In this document: positions 59,423 through 64,000 of the stretch, in pieces | Layout: every line of letters begins with the position of its first letter | Numbering within the stretch: the first letter of the stretch is position 1 | NCBI GenBank assembly: GCA_048887225.1 | Contig: JBHLJY010000003.1 | Span: 160,001 to 224,000, forward strand | Length of the DNA stretch: 64,000 nucleotides | Reading direction: 5' to 3' | Origin: Candidatus Hodarchaeota archaeon | Lineage (GTDB): Archaea; Asgardarchaeota; Lokiarchaeia; Sigyniarchaeales; SOKP01 | Program-made: the position numbers and the translations under genes | The notes under the pieces: generated by a model | Seen by the model: only the letters and a program-made list of their open reading frames with translations | Told to the model about the DNA's origin: nothing | The model's database searches: none

Positions 59423-59519
59423 ATTTCTCTTACCTCCTTTTATTTGAATTAATTTTAAATGATCTATTACTACTTAATTAAGAAAAAGTAATTTAATTAA
59501 ATAAATTTAGTTAAAAAAA

Positions 59520-60488
59520 TTAAACCGTTTCTATAAATCTATGTGCAATATATAGAAAAGCATCGTTAACATTTTCACCAGTCTTGGCGGATGTAATTAT
59601 ATAACGATCTCTGTATTCATCAGCAACCTCTTTAATATCAAATTCGCTCACAACAATATCATCAATTAAATCAGATTTATTACCAACAATAACAATAGGG
59701 ATATTTGTAAGGATGGAAGATTTAATTTCATTATACCAAAAATGAACACTTTCCTGATTATTTGGACGAGTTCTATCAACTACGATGATAGCAGCATTTG
59801 CTCCAGAATAGAATCGCTTTCTAAAAGGTATCATTTCCTGTTTTTGGCCACCAATATCCCAAATTATAAATTGAATTTTGGTTTCTGAACTAAGATCAAT
59901 AGTTTTTTTAGAGATTTCCACTCCAATTGTTGAAATATAATCTTCTTGAAACGAATTTTCGACGAATCTTTTAATTAAAGAAGTTTTACCGACTTGATAA
60001 TCACCGATTAAAATTAATTTTGTAGAATACTCACCTTTAGGGAGTACTCCTCCCTTGGATTTGGAAAGGAGTCTAATAATTTCAGGTATCTCAAGCGTTA
60101 CCTTTTCTGTACCAGAAATTAATAATTCTGCCTTTCCTGCTATATGTTCCGAATATACTCTCAATTCGAGGTCTGTCGTAGAAGGATCAGCTATAGTTGT
60201 AAGTATACTGTGAGGCCCTTGACTACAATATGCAAATTTTTTATCTTCTGTTGAAGTGATATTTAAAAAATTACTTTCTGTTCCAAACTCCTGTTTAATT
60301 CTATCAATATAGTTATCAAGAACCGCCGAAATGACACCAATAATCGAATCACTATCAGATTCTTCCCTGCTTTCAGAGGCAATAATTAATCCATCTCTAT
60401 CACAAACTGCAATTGCTTCCACGCCCTCAACATCATTCATGTAATTTCTAAGTAATTTACGAAAATCGTCTCGAAGCGACAATTTCAA
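59520..60488 (-). CDS. Roadblock-Rab/Ras-like GTPase fusion (paralog of 22797-23750)
   Basis: IAVCDRDGL; GDYQVGKT, YISTIG, WDIGGQ, NKSD, TSAK. Confidence 0.92.
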   Translation of the reverse strand: MKLSLRDDFRKLLRNYMNDVEGVEAIAVCDRDGLIIASESREESDSDSIIGVISAVLDNYIDRIKQEFGTESNFLNITSTEDKKFAYCSQGPHSILTTIADPSTTDLELRVYSEHIAGKAELLISGTEKVTLEIPEIIRLLSKSKGGVLPKGEYSTKLILIGDYQVGKTSLIKRFVENSFQEDYISTIGVEISKKTIDLSSETKIQFIIWDIGGQKQEMIPFRKRFYSGANAAIIVVDRTRPNNQESVHFWYNEIKSSILTNIPIVIVGNKSDLIDDIVVSEFDIKEVADEYRDRYIITSAKTGENVNDAFLYIAHRFIETV

Positions 60489-60674
60489 AACTCAATGTTA
60501 TTATCTTATTTAAAATAAAATTATCTTAACCTTTTTTAAATGTATTTATTTAAATATTTTAATTTTGTTAAATTTGTGTTCTAAATATTAATAGGAGATA
60601 TTGTTAAGAGATATATAGTTAAAATATCACCATACTATATCATTTTATATCTTTTTCTTTTTCGCATATCATAT

Positions 60675-60824
60675 ATGATAGAAAATGACTTAGAGAAAGA
60701 ACTTAACTTAGAAAAAGTAATAAATCGCGCTATGAGTCTATTTAAGCAAACAGGTCTTGCTGAACTTGCTGAAAAATTTGATAAAATTCTTAAAAATTAT
60801 AAGAGACAAAAAATGGTTAGATAA
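60675..60824 (+). CDS. Possible 49-aa small helical protein (MIENDLEKELNLEKVINRAMSLFKQTGLAELAEKFDKILKNYKRQKMVR)
   Basis: Read by hand; ATG-to-TAA ORF with protein-like amphipathic composition in a ~430-nt intergenic gap. Confidence 0.5.
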   Translation: MIENDLEKELNLEKVINRAMSLFKQTGLAELAEKFDKILKNYKRQKMVR

Positions 60825-60921
60825 TCTTTTTTAATTCTTTTCCAAATTTCGGTGCTTTATATTGTAATTTAATCATATTTAAGAGAATTTAATTAAAAAA
60901 AACAGATATAATTTTAATTAT

Positions 60922-62142
60922 TTAATTGTTATTAGCAGATTTTTTTTTCTCTTTTGCAGCTTTCTTTTCTGCTTTCTTTTCAGCTTTTTCTCTTGCTTTT
61001 GTAATTTTTTCTACCTGTTTTTTGCTTGTTTTTGCTCTTTCTTTTCTCAGTTTAACTCTTTTTCTCTCCTTCTTCATAGATCCATATTTAGCGATTCCGT
61101 ATATAGACATTACAATCATTAATGGAATAACGAGATAAAATACCGCAACACTTTTCATTACTGTTAACTCACCAGGTGTGGCCATCAATATATAATCTGA
61201 ATATTCAAATGCTGCCTTAGCAAATATTAACCAAATTAAAACGGCATCCGCACTAAGAATTTTTAATTTCTTACCGAGAAGTTCAGCCTTTTTTCCTGCA
61301 AGTCCTCCAATAGTTATTAGTAAAATGAACATATCAAAAGCGAACATTAAGATTCTAGCGATTAATATGGGTAACGTTCTACCTGTTTTTATAGTAAATA
61401 ACGCACTTATCATTAAATAAGTAATGTAGCCTCCAATAAAAACGAAGAAAACACCAAGCCATGCATTAAATCTTCCTCCAATAATGACAATTGCAATGGC
61501 AACAAGCGTAAAAAAAAGAATCATACCAATTACAATTATCGGCATCCAATATAGCATTAATGCTAATTCTAGTGTTTCAATTTTTGTTGGATCTACTGGG
61601 GCAATTCCAGCAATTATACTAGGGGTGTATAAGATTAAAAAAATGCTTACGAGTATTCCAAAAATGAATAAACCCCAGCGTGTTAAAAATGCAACAAAAG
61701 TTGGCGCTTTATAAACTGTATCATCGAATTTAACTCCTTGTACAAAGCAATAATGCAACGAAAATAAAGCAGTAATAAAAATATAAGAAAATATTGAAAT
61801 TACAAACATTAATGACGTAAAAAGATCTATCATGATGAAAAATACAACATATCCAAGGAGTAAATAAATGAAAATTGCTGTTAAAAAGAATAAACTAACT
61901 TTTCCTATGTTTTTCCATGAAAGTTTTCTGACATCTCCTCGAAAAAATGCTGCGTAGATAAATAACACTAAGCAAACGACTAACAGGGGAAAAAAGATCA
62001 ATTGAGCCAACCAAACAATCCTTATCTCTCGTAATGATAATGCAAAATACAGAATTGTGTATGCAGTAAGCAGCCATAAAACTAAAATGCCAAATACAAT
62101 ATTTCTGCCTTTAAAAAGTCTTCCTAAATCCTTAAAACCCAT
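60922..62142 (-). CDS. Multi-pass membrane protein with Lys/Arg-rich C-terminal tail
   Basis: About 10 hydrophobic segments; KKERKRVKLRK...KAEKKAEKK tail. Confidence 0.8.
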   Translation of the reverse strand: MGFKDLGRLFKGRNIVFGILVLWLLTAYTILYFALSLREIRIVWLAQLIFFPLLVVCLVLFIYAAFFRGDVRKLSWKNIGKVSLFFLTAIFIYLLLGYVVFFIMIDLFTSLMFVISIFSYIFITALFSLHYCFVQGVKFDDTVYKAPTFVAFLTRWGLFIFGILVSIFLILYTPSIIAGIAPVDPTKIETLELALMLYWMPIIVIGMILFFTLVAIAIVIIGGRFNAWLGVFFVFIGGYITYLMISALFTIKTGRTLPILIARILMFAFDMFILLITIGGLAGKKAELLGKKLKILSADAVLIWLIFAKAAFEYSDYILMATPGELTVMKSVAVFYLVIPLMIVMSIYGIAKYGSMKKERKRVKLRKERAKTSKKQVEKITKAREKAEKKAEKKAAKEKKKSANNN

Positions 62143-62266
62143 TATCGATTCGACTCACTTGTAAAAGATATTTTAAAATTATTAAAACTTATAGAAGATT
62201 TAATCACAAAATTTTTAAAACTTTGGATTACAACAAATGATAAATTGAAAAATTTCCAATCTATTT

Positions 62267-62842
62267 TTAGAGCATACCCTTTGTGGAAGGAATTTCGCTA
62301 GAAACAATTTTTTTTGCTTTTTTTATTGCCCATGCTAGTGCTTTGAACGCCGATTCAACAATGTGATGTTGATCTTCTCCATAAAGAACATGTAAGTGTA
62401 GATTCATTTTAGTATTTTCTGAAAAGGAATTGAAAAAATGTCTAATATCTTCGACCGCAACATCCTCTATATTATAATCTTCTTTCAAATTGAGATTCAG
62501 GACTATTGATTTCCGACCACTAAAGTCTATTGCGCATTGTGCTAAAGCTTCGTCCATTGGAATAAGCGCATAACCATAACGATTTATTCCTTTTTTATCT
62601 CCTAAGGCTTTTGAAAAGCATTCTCCCAAAGCTATGCCAATATCCTCAATTATGTGATGTGTCAAATCACCTAATGCTTTAAGCTTTAGATCAATTCTAG
62701 AATGTCTTGTTAATAAAGTTAACATATGATCCATAAATTTAAACCCAGTATCAATTTCACATTTACCTGATCCGTCCAAATTTAACTCAATAGAAATATT
62801 TGTTTCAGCTGTTTTTCTAGTTATTTCTGCTTTTCTTTCCAA
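62267..62842 (-). CDS. hisB: Imidazoleglycerol-phosphate dehydratase
   Basis: RKTAET.I, DHML, HH.IED.GI.LG, PMDEAL, HH.VES.FKA, IPSTKG. Confidence 0.96.
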   Translation of the reverse strand: MERKAEITRKTAETNISIELNLDGSGKCEIDTGFKFMDHMLTLLTRHSRIDLKLKALGDLTHHIIEDIGIALGECFSKALGDKKGINRYGYALIPMDEALAQCAIDFSGRKSIVLNLNLKEDYNIEDVAVEDIRHFFNSFSENTKMNLHLHVLYGEDQHHIVESAFKALAWAIKKAKKIVSSEIPSTKGML

Positions 62843-62870
62843 GTTTAACTCATCTCATTATGAAAAAAAA

Positions 62871-64000
62871 TTACTTATTAAGATTAGAAATAAAATTAGA
62901 AATATATTCTTGATCTTTATTAGAAATCCTATATAAATTAAAAACTCGTGAATCAATTTCTTTCTGAATTTGTTCAATGGTGGCTAAATGTTCATTTTCA
63001 AAATTTAACATTTTTTCAACATATAATTTAATCTCAAGTGCTATGTTTCTTTCCTCATTAGTATTAGGTATTTTAATCGGTAGAGATTTTATTTTCTCTA
63101 TTAGAATTCGCGAAAATAATTTTTTATAAGAACAAAAAGACTTAATGAAATAATATGATAAAAGTTTGGAATTAATAATACCAAGTAAATATAAATGATT
63201 AAATTCAGCTATTGGAGATTGCAAAATTTTCAAATTGTAAAAAGATTGAGAGGTTAATGATAAGTCTTTGTCGTAAGTAGCACAAATTAAACTATTTTGA
63301 CTTAATTGCCTTATGATAATTCGATCCTCGTAAATATCTAAATTTTTGTAATTAATTCCGTTTTTACTTATATCAATATACTTATTGTTTTTTATTTGAT
63401 ATCTATTAATTGCGTATAAAAACCTCTTGAAATCTTCATTTTTATTTTCGGGAATTTTTTGGTGAATAATTTTTTCTATATGCTCAGTTTTTAAGTGAGA
63501 TTTACATTCAGAACAGATTAAAGCTTTTTTAGGAACGGGAAAGTATGCTCCACATCTTTTGCAAAAAATTATCTCTCCGGTCTTTGCTAACTCAACACCC
63601 CTGCTTAGATTTATTTTGATTTCTTCATTTTTGTTTAAATTTTTCAATTTAGGAAACTTTTTGTTTAAATGCTCGATAATGGATATATCTGTCTCATTTA
63701 AATGTATTAAGAACTTAAAATCCCATTGCTTTAATGTTTCCTGGGTAATTTGTATTTCTTGTTGATTTGATAATTTGATTTTAATAATATTTTCATCTCT
63801 TATACATGATTCGCTCTCTTTTTCTAAAATTAATATGATGTTAGACACGATTGCATCATCGAATTTTGGACCAGTATGATAAATTTCTTTGATTTTGGTT
63901 GTATAATAAATGAATTTTCTAATAATTGAACGGTTTGTTAAAGCTAGAAGTGAGTCAGGTACAATATAACCGAATTTTCCTTGATTCTTTAATAATTTAA
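62871..64000 (-). CDS. C-terminal part of a type IIG/TaqI-like adenine DNA methyltransferase (5' end outside the window)
   Basis: Frame is open to the window edge (LLKNQGKFGYIVPDSLL, MTase motif); TaqI_C-like IIIRQL...YLLGIINSKL..YY...LPI. Confidence 0.85.
   Translation of the reverse strand, partial: KLLKNQGKFGYIVPDSLLALTNRSIIRKFIYYTTKIKEIYHTGPKFDDAIVSNIILILEKESESCIRDENIIKIKLSNQQEIQITQETLKQWDFKFLIHLNETDISIIEHLNKKFPKLKNLNKNEEIKINLSRGVELAKTGEIIFCKRCGAYFPVPKKALICSECKSHLKTEHIEKIIHQKIPENKNEDFKRFLYAINRYQIKNNKYIDISKNGINYKNLDIYEDRIIIRQLSQNSLICATYDKDLSLTSQSFYNLKILQSPIAEFNHLYLLGIINSKLLSYYFIKSFCSYKKLFSRILIEKIKSLPIKIPNTNEERNIALEIKLYVEKMLNFENEHLATIEQIQKEIDSRVFNLYRISNKDQEYISNFISNLNK

Overview
AT-rich, gene-dense archaeal chromosomal segment. 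The actin-related protein, gelsolin-domain protein, several roadblock proteins, roadblock-Rab-like GTPase fusions, MglA-type GTPase and bacterial-type gyrase point to an Asgard archaeon, most likely Lokiarchaeia/Promethearchaeota. In order: folP-gyrB-gyrA-metallophosphoesterase; a minus-strand eukaryotic-signature region (6.5-19.4 kb) with an actin-related protein flanked by degenerate CHAT and PLD-like proteins, a Cdc48-N-like/Pro-rich/vWA protein, roadblock and gelsolin; tRNA-Met with two non-canonical introns and tRNA-Thr; a carboxylate-amine ligase/amidohydrolase/longin-like run; an ~18 kb isoprenoid supercluster with a near-complete modified (Aeropyrum-type) mevalonate pathway and two gene fusions; three DNA methyltransferases with no visible restriction partner; hisB. 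The best new signal is a candidate selenoprotein of no family I recognise (58493-59422, minus strand): strong SD, ATA start, in-frame TGA at codon 14, and a eukaryote-like SECIS hairpin about 10 nt after the stop. Several genes appear to use non-canonical starts (ATA, ATT, ACG) missed by the ORF track. No rRNA, CRISPR array or transposase was seen. All assignments come from motif recognition by eye; no searches were run.
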